Part shown: one piece after another, positions 1-12,140 of the stretch
How the letters are laid out: every line of letters begins with the position of its first letter
Numbering within the stretch: the first letter of the stretch is position 1
From: Octopus bimaculoides
Lineage: Eukaryota
Reading direction: 5' to 3'
Assembly (NCBI RefSeq): GCF_001194135.2
Contig: NC_068994.1
Coordinates: 12,776,707 to 12,840,706, forward strand
Length of the DNA: 64,000 bases
Translations under genes and position numbers: made by a program
Notes under the pieces: model-generated
The model's input: the letters and a program-made list of their open reading frames with translations, nothing else
The model's database searches: none
What the model was told of the DNA's origin: nothing

Positions 1-32
1 ATATATATATATATATATATATACATATATAC

Positions 33-193
33 GACGGGCTTCTTTCAGTTTCCGTCTACCAAATCCACTCACAAGGCTTTGGTCGGTCCGAGACTATAGT
101 AGAAGACACTTGCCCAAGACGCCACGCAGTGGGATTGAACCCGGAACCATGTGGTTGGTAAGCAAGTTACTTACCACACAGCCACTCCTGCGC
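33..193 (-). mobile_element. tRNA-derived SINE (family with internal microsatellite), 5' half
   Basis: Reverse complement has A box TGGCTGTGTGG, B box GTTCAATCC and ttgggcaagtgtcttc; the same family recurs many times in the window. Confidence 0.85.
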
Positions 194-530
194 CAATAAA
201 GAATTCTTTAAGTTTTGAATTAAATTTCTCAGGATAACCAAAAGTATTTCTTGTGTAAAGAATTTATAACAACTCAATGAACACAGCAAGGAATATTATC
301 TAGTTTAAAGAATTGATTGTACTTTGCTTATAGATATTAGAATATATATTTATTCATAGGCAGAGGATAGCTGCATAATTTCTTTCAAATACTGGTAGCT
401 ACAAAAGACATTGAAATACTGACCGATCACGCAAACAAGTGTATGTGTGTGTGAGTGTGTGTGCACTTGTGTTTGTTTGTGACAGAATATGAGAATAAAT
501 AAAAAAAAAACAAGAAGCATTAAAACTTAC

Positions 531-580
531 AACATGCCAACCACTCCGACTTGTATTGGTGCATTCATATATGGATATTT
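531..580 (-). CDS. SFXN1: Sideroflexin exon (KYPYMNAPIQVGVVGM); further 3' exons lie beyond the window start
   Basis: 50-nt exon with cag acceptor (581-582) and gtaag donor (526-530). Resembles human SFXN1 RFPWMSAPIQVGLVGF; frame continues from exon 1717-1766. Confidence 0.9.
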
Positions 581-909
581 CTGTGTTAGAAAAATATACA
601 ATAATCAGACATTTGAGAAGGTTTCATTGATTTTGTATCTGAGCATGCGTGTGACTGTATATATGCAAAAATGTGTGTGTGTGTGTGTAATGTATGTACG
701 TGTATATATATATATATATATATATATTATCTGCTTTGCCATAAAAAATATGCTAAAACAGACAGCAGAGCTTGGTGTAGTCTTCTGGCTTGCCTGTTCC
801 AGTCGAACAGTCCAAGCCATACCAGCATGGAAAATAGACATTAAATGAAGATGATATATGATCAGACTTCAATGACACTGGTGATATATATTATATTTAT
901 ATATCTATC

Positions 910-1378
910 AAAATCAAATCAAATTCACAAATTGAATGACTGGCACCCATGCCAGTGAAGAGCTAAGAGCACCATCCAAGCATGATTGCTGCCAGAGTAG
1001 CTGATTGGCTTCCATGCTGGTGGCACGTAAATAGCACCATTTGAGTGTGATTGTTACCAGCATCGCCTTACTGGCACATGAAAAAACATTCGAGCAAGGT
1101 TGTTGCCAGTGTCGCTGGACTGGCTCCTGTGCAGGTGGCACATAAAAAACACCACTCGAGCATGGCCATTGCCAGTACTGCCTGACTGGCCCTCATGCCA
1201 GTGGCACGTAAAAGCACCCACTACACTCTCAGAGTGGTTGGCGTTAGGAAGGGCATCCAGCTGTAGAAACTCTGCCAGATCAGATTGGAGCCTGGTGCAG
1301 CCATCTTGTTCACCAGTCCTCAGTCAAATTGTCCAGCCCATGCTAGCATGGAAAGCGGACGTTAAACGATGATGATGA
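910..1378 (+). mobile_element. Non-autonomous retroelement with ~70-bp internal repeats and RTE-type (GAT)n tail
   Basis: Ends ccatgctagcatggaaagcggacgttaaacgatgatga. Further copies at ~32530-32650(-), 33495-33800(+), 38740-38960(+), 53200-53460(-) and 54010-54150(+). Confidence 0.75.
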
Positions 1379-1716
1379 TATATAGTTGAAATTTATAGAA
1401 AAACAAAGACAGGTGTATGAACAACAAGCAAGTGTATTAGTTTGATGCTTGGGAAAATGTAAAAGTCTTTAACATTTTGAGCCTATGCTCTTCAACAGAA
1501 AAGAATAAGAGAAAACAAACAATGAGAGAATGAAAAAAACTTCACACATATAAATACATATATTCAGATGTATTTACATATATATAAACACACACACACA
1601 TTCTGCATGTGTGTCTAATGCAAGACATAGAGAGAGGAAGAATAACATAAAGAATGTTACAAAGAAAAAAGGAAAGATGAGAGAGAAACATAGTTAACAT
1701 AATTTATTGAGCTTAC

Positions 1717-1766
1717 CTTCAGGAATGGACGTGTCTCCAGAACATTCATAATAAATGGTGGAATTA
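1717..1766 (-). CDS. SFXN1: Sideroflexin exon (IPPFIMNVLETRPFLK)
   Basis: 50 nt, tacag acceptor and gtaagc donor; resembles SFXN1 IPPFIMNTLEKKAFLK. Confidence 0.93.
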
Positions 1767-2119
1767 CTGTAAAGAGAAAAACAGTGGTAAATATAGAGAG
1801 GGTGGTGATGATGATGATACGGGATAGCATAGACTGATGACTGTAATACAGAAATGGAGGTCAAGTTCAGTTCCATGGAATAGACTAAACTAAACTAACG
1901 AAAGTTTAGTTTAGAGTGTGCGAGGGGGGGGCGGATGTGGAGGTGATAGCCAGGAATGGACGAAGAAGGTAATCTTTGCCCTAAGCTTCAAAGAGAAATA
2001 GCAGTGAGTAGCCATTGCATCAAGGAATAAGAAAGATACAGACAAGAAAGACAGAAATTATTTTAGTGAACAGTATGGATATATATATATGAATTTATAT
2101 ATATATATATATATATAAA

Positions 2120-2986
2120 AATTTTAAAATTAAATATAGGATAAAATCTATATGAGAATTTATCAAGTAGTTAGTGTGAAAACCTTATAAGGGAAAAATT
2201 TATAATTATTCCCTTTAAATACATTTATTATATTAAGGGCATTACTACACATAAATGCCTCACGCTATGAGGGACTCTTAAAGTCAAAACAACCATAATA
2301 ACTATACAGTGTACCGACAGTGAGGGAATGCAACTTAGAAATCGCCTCTTAAAAACTGATTCAGCCGCAAATCATATCATTTCATAGTTAGTGTACATAA
2401 TCCACTTTCTAATCATCAGTGCAGGCATAATCAAGACACACAAAAATGAACAAAATTCAACATATCAGACGAACACCAAATGTATCCAACAAAGCACATA
2501 GAAATGTTCACACTTATATATCTATGTAAGAGGCGGGCTTTTCAAATTACATCTCGGTACACGTGTATATTCAGAATAACTCAGCACTGAATATATTCTG
2601 GTTAAATTTAAAATTAGATATAGGATAAAATCTATATAAGAATTTATCAAGTAGTTAGTGTGAAAACCTTATAAGGGAAACATTTATAATTATTCCCTTT
2701 AAATACATTTATTATATTAAGGGTATTATTACATGTAAAAGCCTCATGCTATGAGGGGCTCTTAAAGTCAAAACTACCATGAATATACAGTGTACCAACA
2801 GCGAGGGAATACATCTTGGAAGTCACCTCTTAAAAACAGATTCAGCTACAAATCATATGAATCTATTTTTAAGAGGCAACTTCCAAGTTGCATTCCCTTG
2901 CTGTCAGTACACTGTATATTTATTATGGTAGTTTTGACTTTAAGAGTCCCTCACAGTGTGAGGCATTTATGTGTAGTAATGCTCTT
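2120..2986. repeat. ~260-bp direct duplication plus partial inverted third copy
   Basis: 2120-2378 matches 2606-2858; 2866-2986 is the reverse complement of the distal ~120 bp. Confidence 0.85.
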
Positions 2987-3058
2987 GTTGGCTCCTAGGT
3001 ATAAGAATAGTGATAGTGACGGTGGTGGTGGTGGCAGTGGTAGCCATTGATTACTTAC

Positions 3059-3186
3059 TCATGCCAGGACATGCCATTAGAATACGGGAGAAGACCACTT
3101 GAGCAATTGCACTCTTTGCTGCTGCTGTTGATTCTCCAAGACGTTGGCCTCTTTCATCAAAGATCGGAATGCCTTTCATTATTTCC
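3059..3186 (-). CDS. SFXN1: Sideroflexin exon ([43 protein letters not shown])
   Basis: 128 nt, ccag acceptor and gtaagt donor; canonical sideroflexin segment G.RLGES..AAK.AI.QVV.SRILMA.PGM. Confidence 0.96.
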
Positions 3187-3719
3187 CTGGATAGCAAACA
3201 AAAATGAAAAAATTAAGTCAAATAACATCAGAACAAGAGAATGCAGTATATGTGGATTACTTTATTTTAATATCATCATTATCGTCTAAATGTCCATTTT
3301 CCCATGGTTGCACAGGAGAGACAGAGTTGACTGATGCAGGCTTTCCATCACCAGGTGCTGTTCCTGTTGCCAACTTTCACCTGTTTCCAAATAAGGTAAT
3401 ATTTCTCCTTGGTCAGATATGTTTAAATGGATGACTGGAAATAAATAACTGTTTGTATGATGGTAATGCTCGTTTATAACGTGATGCCAAAACAAAGAGA
3501 TAGTACCACATGCACACACCAGGCTTCTTCCAGAATTAGAGAAAGCTGGCTACAGCAATGTAGCTGGTGATAGCTGTAGACATGGTAGAGTTTGTAGAGA
3601 TATAGTTCCAACAGTCCATCGAAACGTTTTCTTGATTACAAATTGGCTCCACCATAGGACAGACCTTGGGCTAAACAACAACAACAACATATATTACATG
3701 AATTTAAAAATGACTAATC

Positions 3720-3944
3720 TTAACCCTTTAGTATTTAAAACTATCCATATCCAGCCCAAATATTCTATCTATTTTATGTTGACTGATTGGATTTGGCCAC
3801 CCACATCTACTCTAAAGTGTCATCCTAAATTAAATAATCACAACATTAGAATGTTGAAGCTGTAGGATAATGCAAGATCAATTCAAAACAATGTGAATGG
3901 ATAAGGATTACATTTGATAGAGTAATCTGAATAATAAAGGTTAA
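3720..3944. mobile_element. TTAA-flanked (piggyBac-like) MITE
   Basis: ttaacccttta...taaaggttaa, with TTAA at both ends. Relatives at ~49640-49870, 58277-58506, 58620-58815 and 61691-61905. Confidence 0.7.
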
Positions 3945-4039
3945 GCAAGCACTTATTTTATTATGGATTTCTCTGTATGTTGGTAAAATCATTTGGGTTC
4001 TTTTGGTATTTTTGGCAAAGGCATAGCTATGTGGTTAAG

Positions 4040-4245
4040 AAGTTTGTTTCCTAGGTTGCTAGCTGTCAGAATCGTTAGCATGCTGAGCAAAATATAGTCT
4101 TTATGTTCTGAGTTCAAATTATGCAGAGCTCGACTTTGTCTTTTGGGGTTGATAAAAAAAAGTACTGGTTGACTGGGGTCATTGTAATCGACTTACCCTT
4201 TCCTGTGAAATTGGTGTCCTTGTGCAAAAATTTGAAACCAACAAG
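4040..4245 (+). mobile_element. tRNA-derived SINE with conserved central domain (ctttcatcctttcggggtcgataaa..agtacc type)
   Basis: B box gagttcaaat. Same family at ~34100-34290, 36795-37020, 42050-42290, 50483-50950, 51160-51375(-), 59270-59500(-) and 60930-61280(-). Confidence 0.75.
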
Positions 4246-4667
4246 TTTGCTTCTCTATCATTTAGTCTTGGATTCAGTTCCAAGTGTCTTCTACTGTAGC
4301 CCTCAGCCAACCAAAGCCTTGTGAGTGGATCTGGTAGACAGAAACTGAAAGAAACATACTCTGTGTGTATGTGTTTTTGTGTGCTTTCTCCAAACATCAC
4401 TTGATTGTTGTACATGAGCATCATCATCATCATCATACAAGTGAGTTGTTCATTTCCAGTCTTCTGTACAACATATGTGTGACCACTGGAAAATATCAGC
4501 TCGCTTGGAAACAGGTGAGGGTTGGCAACAGGAAGGACATCCAGCTGTAGAAAATCTTCCCAAACAAAATTTCATCTGATCCATGCATGCATGGAAGACT
4601 GGACATTAAACCATCACCGATGTTGATGATGATGATAACAATGATGATGACAATGATGAAATGGAAG

Positions 4668-4711
<44 letters not shown>

Positions 4712-4718
4712 AACCCAC

Positions 4719-4804
4719 CTGCTTCTCATGCAAGGTATGTTGATACAGTTAGCAGCAGCAACAGCAGTGAAGGGAACAAATCTTCCTATAAGCGGTGACA
4801 TAGA
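4719..4804 (-). CDS. SFXN1: Sideroflexin exon ([28 protein letters not shown])
   Basis: 86 nt, ttccag acceptor and gtggg donor; hallmark [20 protein letters not shown] motif. Confidence 0.97.
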
Positions 4805-5305
4805 CTGGAAAATGGAATTAAGAAAAGAGACACTGGTAAATAGAATGGAGAGAGTACAAACAACTCTCAGAGTAGCTACAAGCTCCTGCTGAGTCTCAAT
4901 TAAAATGCAAGTTTGACTTCAGTCTTAAATTATTCACATTTGTGACCTACACACAGTGATGCGCATGCACAGACACACTCACACACACACACACACACAC
5001 ACAGGCAGGCATGGGTAAGTGTTTAAAAAGTTTGCTTCACAACCACATGTGGTTTCAGGTTCAGTCCTACTGTGTGGCACCTTGGGCGGGTGCAGGTGTG
5101 ATTGTGTGATAAGAAGCTTGTGTATCATCATCATCATTTAGCACCTATTAGAATTCTATATGTATACTTACATATGTAAGACACTTTAGTTTCAGTGATG
5201 TAACTGAAAACAGATTATGAAACAGCTGTAAACATATGGAATGGATACTTTATCTCTCACCTCTCCAGAATTTGATAAAATTATCACACATACACACACA
5301 CACAC

Positions 5306-5350
<45 letters not shown>

Positions 5351-5365
5351 CTGTGCATTTATGTG

Positions 5366-5704
5366 GATAAACAAATTAAATATAACAGCTTGAGTTTGGT
5401 ATTTAAAATATACGTATACAAGCAAACAAAGAAAGCAAAGACTGAAGATTTTTAGACAATGAAACAATGAATATTTAAGTATAAATTTATAGATATTTAT
5501 AATATTAATAGATCAAAGTTACACTTTTTCTCTGTTGTTTTTCCTCTATGTAAGTTTGATCTATTAATATATTAAATATCTACATATTCATACCTAATCA
5601 GTCATCTGAAAACTTTCAGTCTTTGTTTTCTTTCTGCTTGATTGTATACATGTATAAATATTTTGCTTATCAAAACCCAAACTGGTATATTTAATTTGTT
5701 TATC
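5366..5704. repeat. Long fold-back inverted repeat within a Penelope-like relic
   Basis: gataaacaaattaaatata...tagatcaaagttac versus gtaagtttgatcta...tatatttaatttgtttatc; arms ~155 bp and spacer ~28 nt. Confidence 0.8.
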
Positions 5705-6372
5705 TGATCTGCATAATTACCTCCATATTTGTTCACCCGGATTCATCTTTATAGCCACTTTTTACCCCATAGAATTGGTCCATTGTAAAGACATCGGAAT
5801 CTAAGTTTGAATCATATAAGTGCTACTAAGAGTTTTCTATACCAAGAATTTCAGGATCTCATGTATGCGTATATCTTGTGTTTAACGTTTTTTGTGATGT
5901 CCTGTACCCATATATGCATGTATGTATACATATAGATGTTGGTATTTACATATATGTGTGGATATATGCATATATTTATATATTATTTACGTTATTATAT
6001 GTGTGTGTGTGTGTGTGTGTATGTAACTACATGTGGATCATTGGCAATTTTTTTCCTCTGACTTCCTTTTCTCTTGGACTTTCTTCTGTCTCCTGTTCCT
6101 GAAGAAGAGCTTTACTCAAAATGTAAAACACCCTTTCTTTCCTTCTCTGAGCATCTTTTAATACTTTGCATGTACCATGTCCTCACGTTATTATTTTTTC
6201 TTTGTTTTTTTTTTTGCATTAACTATTTACCCCATGTTCGCATGAACCCCCGTCCTTCTGATTGGCTTTGGAGAACCTAATTCACAGAATTCTTTCTACC
6301 ATTGGATTACATTACCTTATTCATTCGGAGTACGCCGTTTCTGTACCTTGATATATAAATATNNNNNNNNNN

Positions 6373-6418
<46 letters not shown>

Positions 6419-6500
6419 TTGTGTGTATGTATATGTATGTACATTTAAGCATATGCAAGTACTTGTGTGTGTTCATGTGTACGCCAAACTGTTAACATAC

Positions 6501-6576
6501 CTGTACTACTTTGTTGAAACCCAAGGCTGTTGCCATAGCACCACCAGTGGCCAGTACATAAGATAAGCCAAGCTGC
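6501..6576 (-). CDS. SFXN1: Sideroflexin exon (QLGLSYVLATGGAMATALGFNKVVQ)
   Basis: 76 nt, tttcag acceptor and gtatgt donor; resembles SFXN1 LGTAYVSATTGAVATALGLN. Confidence 0.94.
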
Positions 6577-6714
6577 CTGAAACATAGAGCAGAGCTGACT
6601 GATACAAAAACATAAGAGAAAACTGGTTTACTAGAGATGTGGTGGTGGTGGTGTGTGTGTGCGGGGGTTAGTGGTATGGTGATGATGATGGGTGTTGGTG
6701 GTATGGTAATGAAG

Positions 6715-7093
6715 GGAGGCGCAATGGCCTAGTGGTTAGGGCAGCGGACTCGCGGTCATAGGATCGCGGTTTCGATTCCCAGACTGGGCATTGTGAGTGT
6801 TTATTGAGCGAAAACACCTAAAGCTCCACGAGGCTCCGGCAGGGGATGGTGGCGAACCCTGATGTACTCTTTCACCACAACTTTCTCTCACTCTTACTTC
6901 CTGTTTCTGTTGTGCCTGTAATTCAAAGGGTCAGCCTTGTCACATTGTGTCACGCTGAATATCCCCGAGAACTACGTTAAGGGTACACGTATCTGTGGAG
7001 TGCTCAGCCACATGCATGTTAATTTCACGAGCAGGCTGTTCCGTTGATCGGATCAACTGGAACCCTCGACGTCGTAAGCGACGGAGTGCCAAC
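6715..7093 (+). mobile_element. Full-length tRNA(Arg)-like SINE with target-site duplication
   Basis: A box TGGCCTAGTGG, TCG anticodon-like loop, B box GTTTCGATTCC; aatgaaggga at 6708-6717 and 7094-7103. Antisense copies at 21030-21289 and 55636-55941. Confidence 0.9.
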
Positions 7094-7500
7094 AATGAAG
7101 GGATTAGTAATATGGTGATGGTTGTATGGTCACGGCTTTGGGGTTTGGTTATAGTCAGGGTTGTGGGGGGTGCTGGTGTGGTATGGTGAAGTTAGTGGTA
7201 TGGTGACAACATTGGGGGGTGATGGTTGTGGAGTTTGGTGGTATGGTAATGGTGGGGTTAGTGGTATGGCGATGGTTGTGGGGGGTTGGTGGTATAATGA
7301 CAGTGTTGGGTTTGGGTGTATGGTGATGATTGTGAGGTTGATGGTATGACAATGGTGGGATTAGTGGTATAGTGATGGTTGATTGTGGGGATTGATGATA
7401 TGGTGATGGTTGTAGGGGTTGGTGGTATGGCAATAGTGGGGTTAGTGGAATGGTGAGTGTTAGGGGTTGGTGGTAAGGTGATGGCTGCAGTGGTTAGTGG
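7094..7500. repeat. G-rich degenerate minisatellite (tggtatggtgatggttgtgggggt); also 6640-6714
   Basis: About 27-33-bp degenerate units read directly from the sequence. Confidence 0.85.
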
Positions 7501-7677
7501 GATCTGACATGGCTAAGATTGGGGACTGGACAGAAGTAACACGAGGTATCTGACCTTCACCAATACATCCAACAGGAACAACATGGAGTAAACGTAAATG
7601 TGAAAGAGCTTATGATGTTCTAACAGATCAGGAAAATACCGAACAAGAAACTGTGTATGTGTGTGTGTGTGTGTGTG

Positions 7678-7716
<39 letters not shown>

Positions 7717-8003
7717 GGGGAAGTATGTGTGATTGTATGTATGAATGTGCAAATGTATGTGTTCAGTGTAATGTGTGTGAGAAAGTGTGAGTGTACATTT
7801 GTGAGCAGAGGATATTTGTGTGTATATGTGTAACAGAGTGTGTTGTGAATGTGTGTATACATGTGAGTGCTAAGTATGTATATGTGTGACTGTGTGCATG
7901 GAAAAGAGAGAGAGAGATAGAGAGGGAGGGAGAGAAGGAATCTTTAGAATTTGTCTGGAAAAGAAATGAATTGGAGAAAGGGATTAAAATTTAATTAACA
8001 TAC

Positions 8004-8102
8004 GAAACAGGAATTGGTGTGTCGCCACTTCGGTTGGTATAATTGACGATAGCATTGAAAGACTGGTTAAACCACTGCCAAAATATCACAGCCATTGGTG
8101 TT
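8004..8102 (-). CDS. SFXN1: Sideroflexin exon ([32 protein letters not shown])
   Basis: 99 nt, ttccag acceptor and gtatgt donor; hallmark [18 protein letters not shown] motif. Confidence 0.97.
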
Positions 8103-8126
8103 CTGGAAAGAAACAAAAAGAGTATG

Positions 8127-8211
<85 letters not shown>

Positions 8212-8294
8212 GTGATTGAGAGATAGAGGGGTAATAATGAAAGAGAAAATATTTAAAGTTGGTAATATTGCCAGCTTAACATAGTTGTCAGTGC

Positions 8295-8329
<35 letters not shown>

Positions 8330-8700
8330 ACATCACTATAGTGATGTATATCGAACATGGCATATAATGATGTGTTTAGAACACGGTAGGTTGAGATGTA
8401 TGTAGTGTGGAAAACATGAAATATAAGTGTGTGCATAAAGCATAGCATATAGTCAGTGTATAGAACATGATATATAGTGATGTATATATAGAACTTGGTA
8501 TGTAATGCTGTATATTGAAGATGGCATATAATGATGTGCATAAAATATGATATGTAGTGATGTATATAAGACATGAAATATAGTGGTGCACATAGAACAT
8601 GGCATATAGTCAGTATATAGAACATGATGTGTAGTGATGTATATATAGAACTTGGTATATAGGGGTGTATATTGAACATGGCATATAATAATGTGTATAT
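8330..8700. repeat. ~26-bp minisatellite with 157-bp higher-order period
   Basis: Units gaacatggcatatagtgatgtatata; the variant catatagtcagt.tatagaacatg recurs 157 bp apart. Confidence 0.85.
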
Positions 8701-9109
8701 TAAAAACAACGTCAGTGAAAAATATATATAGCTTAAGGTATTTTTGCGCCCGACATCACAAAATGCATCTGTCTCCCAAATTTAGTCACAAGGCATTGGT
8801 CAGCCCAAGACAATAGTGGAAGACACTTGCCCAAGGTTCTGCACAGTGGGACTGAACTTGAAACAGCAAGGTTGCAAAGCGAGCTTGTTAACCACACAGC
8901 CAGCAAAATGCACTGTATGCACCCACCTCTGTTTTCAGATAATTTCAATACAGATTATTTATTTTTAGATGTAGTGAAACTTTTAAATAAAACCGTAATG
9001 TTGTGTGCCGTAACAGCTGTGGGGGTGTCATTGTGTCTGTTATAATTACTTTGACATGGAACAGGAAAAAAGGTTGAAAATTGCTGATCTAAACCAACTA
9101 AATATAACA

Positions 9110-9815
<706 letters not shown>

Positions 9816-9929
9816 AACTGCAAGAGCTACAAAAGTGACAAGTACAACAATAGCAGCAACAATAACACCAAAGACAACGACAGCAACAACTGCATGAGCA
9901 AAAGGAAATAAAGAGATCAGTTGTCTTAC

Positions 9930-10100
9930 TTGTAGAATGTCATCATGCAACCTGTAATTGTCATGTTCATCGGCACCTGAGCTGACATTCGACCAAGAAT
10001 AAACATTTTTTCCCTTGTGTCTGGGTGGAATGCTGAATCATAGAGGTGCTTCGCTCTCCAGATATCATCATCAGTTTTTCCAGGGAAGTTTTCACCGTTT
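9930..10100 (-). CDS. SFXN1: Sideroflexin exon ([57 protein letters not shown]); most 5' coding exon found
   Basis: 171 nt, attag acceptor and gtaag donor; hallmark YDSAFHPDT and [21 protein letters not shown] motifs. Assignment to SFXN1 versus SFXN3 is not resolvable by eye. Confidence 0.97.
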
Positions 10101-11744
10101 CTAATCAAAGAGAGAAGAATTAGAGAAAGAGAAAGAGAAAAAAAGAGTTAAGAGAGGGATGGGGTAGTGAAAAAAAAAAAACAGAAAAAGAAAGAAAAAA
10201 ATGGGTAAAAAGAAAGAGAAACAAATAAAAATCGGATAACACAATTGATAANNNNNNNNNNNNNNNNNNNNNNNNNNNNNNNNNNNNNNNNNNNNNNNNN
10301 NNNNNNNNNNNNNNNNNNNNNNNNNNNNNNNNNNNNNNNNNNNNNNNNNNNGGGACTGAACCCAGAACCATGTGGTTGGTAAGCGAGCTACTTACCACAC
10401 ATATATATTTATGTGTATGTATGTATTTATATGTGTCTCTGACTTTGTTAACATCAATTTCCATAACTTCATTATTTTCCAATGTATCATTTCAAACGTC
10501 ATCATCTACATAATCTACACTCACAAAATGTAATTCTTTTGTCCTCCACATAACTGCTATCTACACCCACAAAAATACTGTATATGTGTGCAAAATTCCA
10601 TTAAAAAATATGCATTTTCAGCAAGTGACTAAGAAACAAAGTAGGGGATAGGACACTAAACTGTAGTAACTTACACACACACTCACACACACACAGACAT
10701 GTACACATACACATGTACACACATACATACACACATAAACTATTTTTCTTTTGGTTGAGTCAAGTCTACTATTCTAGAGTTTGCTTATGTATTCCCTGAG
10801 TCATTCAAGGAAGTTATTATTCATATAAACGAAACTCCAGAAGAACAAGAGACTGGCTTGACACAAATAAGAATATTGTTAATCCCTACTATGATATTGA
10901 GTACACTTTGTTCCAGTTGGTGAAAATCGACTCGAGATCAAATAAAATCCTTTCTTAAACTCATTAAGTCCATGCAAATGTTCCAAGAGTCCAAGAAGTT
11001 CATCATCATCATTATCATCATTTAACATCCAAGCATAGGAGTGGCTGTGTGGTAAGTAGCTTGCTTACCAACCACATGGTTCCGGGTTCAGTCCCACTGT
11101 GTAGCACCTTGGGCAAGTGTCTTCTACTATAGCCTCGAGCCGACCAAAGCTACCTATTTAGGAAAGCAACTGAATATCTTCAAGTTACAGGCCTTAATGC
11201 TATGAAAATACTTTAAAAATGCAGTTTATCTGAAAATTTTGGGGGCCCATGACACTCCATGGACTCTATGTAATGTATGTGTAGAATTTCATTAAAATCA
11301 ATTAAGTGAATTTCGAGTTTTAACGACATGACAAATGCACAGACAGACACACATCCTGTGTTTTATACATATATATATATAGATAAATATAAAAGAAGTT
11401 TACGGATATATAATATATATTACATTTTGAGCATTTTCTTGGAAATGGCAAACCTGGCACTCCCTCTGTGATGAAGGAGCTGCACACTTCCAACTAATCT
11501 GATGTGAGAAACTTGAGGAAAAGAGATGTCAATACCATCTGACTCACCAACAACACAATGGGCAACTTCCCTTATCATCTGTGTTCAAGGAGATGCTATT
11601 CCAGGATTGGACTGTTTTCACATCTATCAACTTACAAAATGTAGAATAAGACCCCTAGAGAACAATCTCATTGTCAACATTGACGGCAGCTATAGGCAAG
11701 TAAATCATATATACATACATATATATATATATATTATTCTTTTA

Positions 11745-12140
11745 TTTGTTTCAGTCATTTGACTGCGGCCATGCTGGAGCGCCGCCTTTAGTCGAGCAAA
11801 TCGACCCCAGGACTTATTCTTTGTAAGCCTAGTACTTATTCTATCGGTTTCTTTTGCCAAACCGCTTAGTTATGGGGATGTAAACACACCAGCATCGGTT
11901 GTTAAGCAATGTTGGGGGGACAAACACAGACACACAAACACACACACATACATTTATATATNNNNNNNNNNTATATATATATATATACAACGGGCTTCTG
12001 TCAGTTTTCGTCTACCAAATCCACTCACAAGGCTTTGATCAGCCCGAGGCTATAGTAGAAGACACTTGCTCAAGGTACCACGCAGTGGGACTGAACCCGG
12101 AACCATGTGGTTGGTAAGCAAGCTACTTACCACACAGCCA
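11745..12140 (-). mobile_element. Full-length tRNA-derived SINE with internal (CA)/(TA) microsatellite
   Basis: Same family as 33-193; a gap-free full copy is at 31095-31495. Confidence 0.88.

Noticed and set aside
910-1230. CRISPR-like repeat-spacer pattern
   Set aside because: Eukaryotic context, degenerate repeats, related spacers and no cas genes; it is an internal repeat of a retroelement.
4587-4892. Poly-Met ORF on the plus strand
   Set aside because: It is a (GAT)n retroelement tail running antisense across a sideroflexin exon.
6326-6350. Half hammerhead motif (GAAA-CGGCG-TA-CTCCG, minus strand)
   Set aside because: The CUGANGA half is not visible; the adjacent sequence is microsatellite and gap.
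6715-6790. Possible tRNA-Arg gene (also 26526, 21220-21289, 55870-55941, 61281)
   Set aside because: No proper acceptor stem or cloverleaf, and each continues into a shared SINE body; these are tRNA-derived SINE heads.
7555-7619. Possible 65-nt alternative sideroflexin exon (ttag acceptor, gtcaga donor)
   Set aside because: It would frameshift, has no sideroflexin similarity, and the flanking exons already join in frame.
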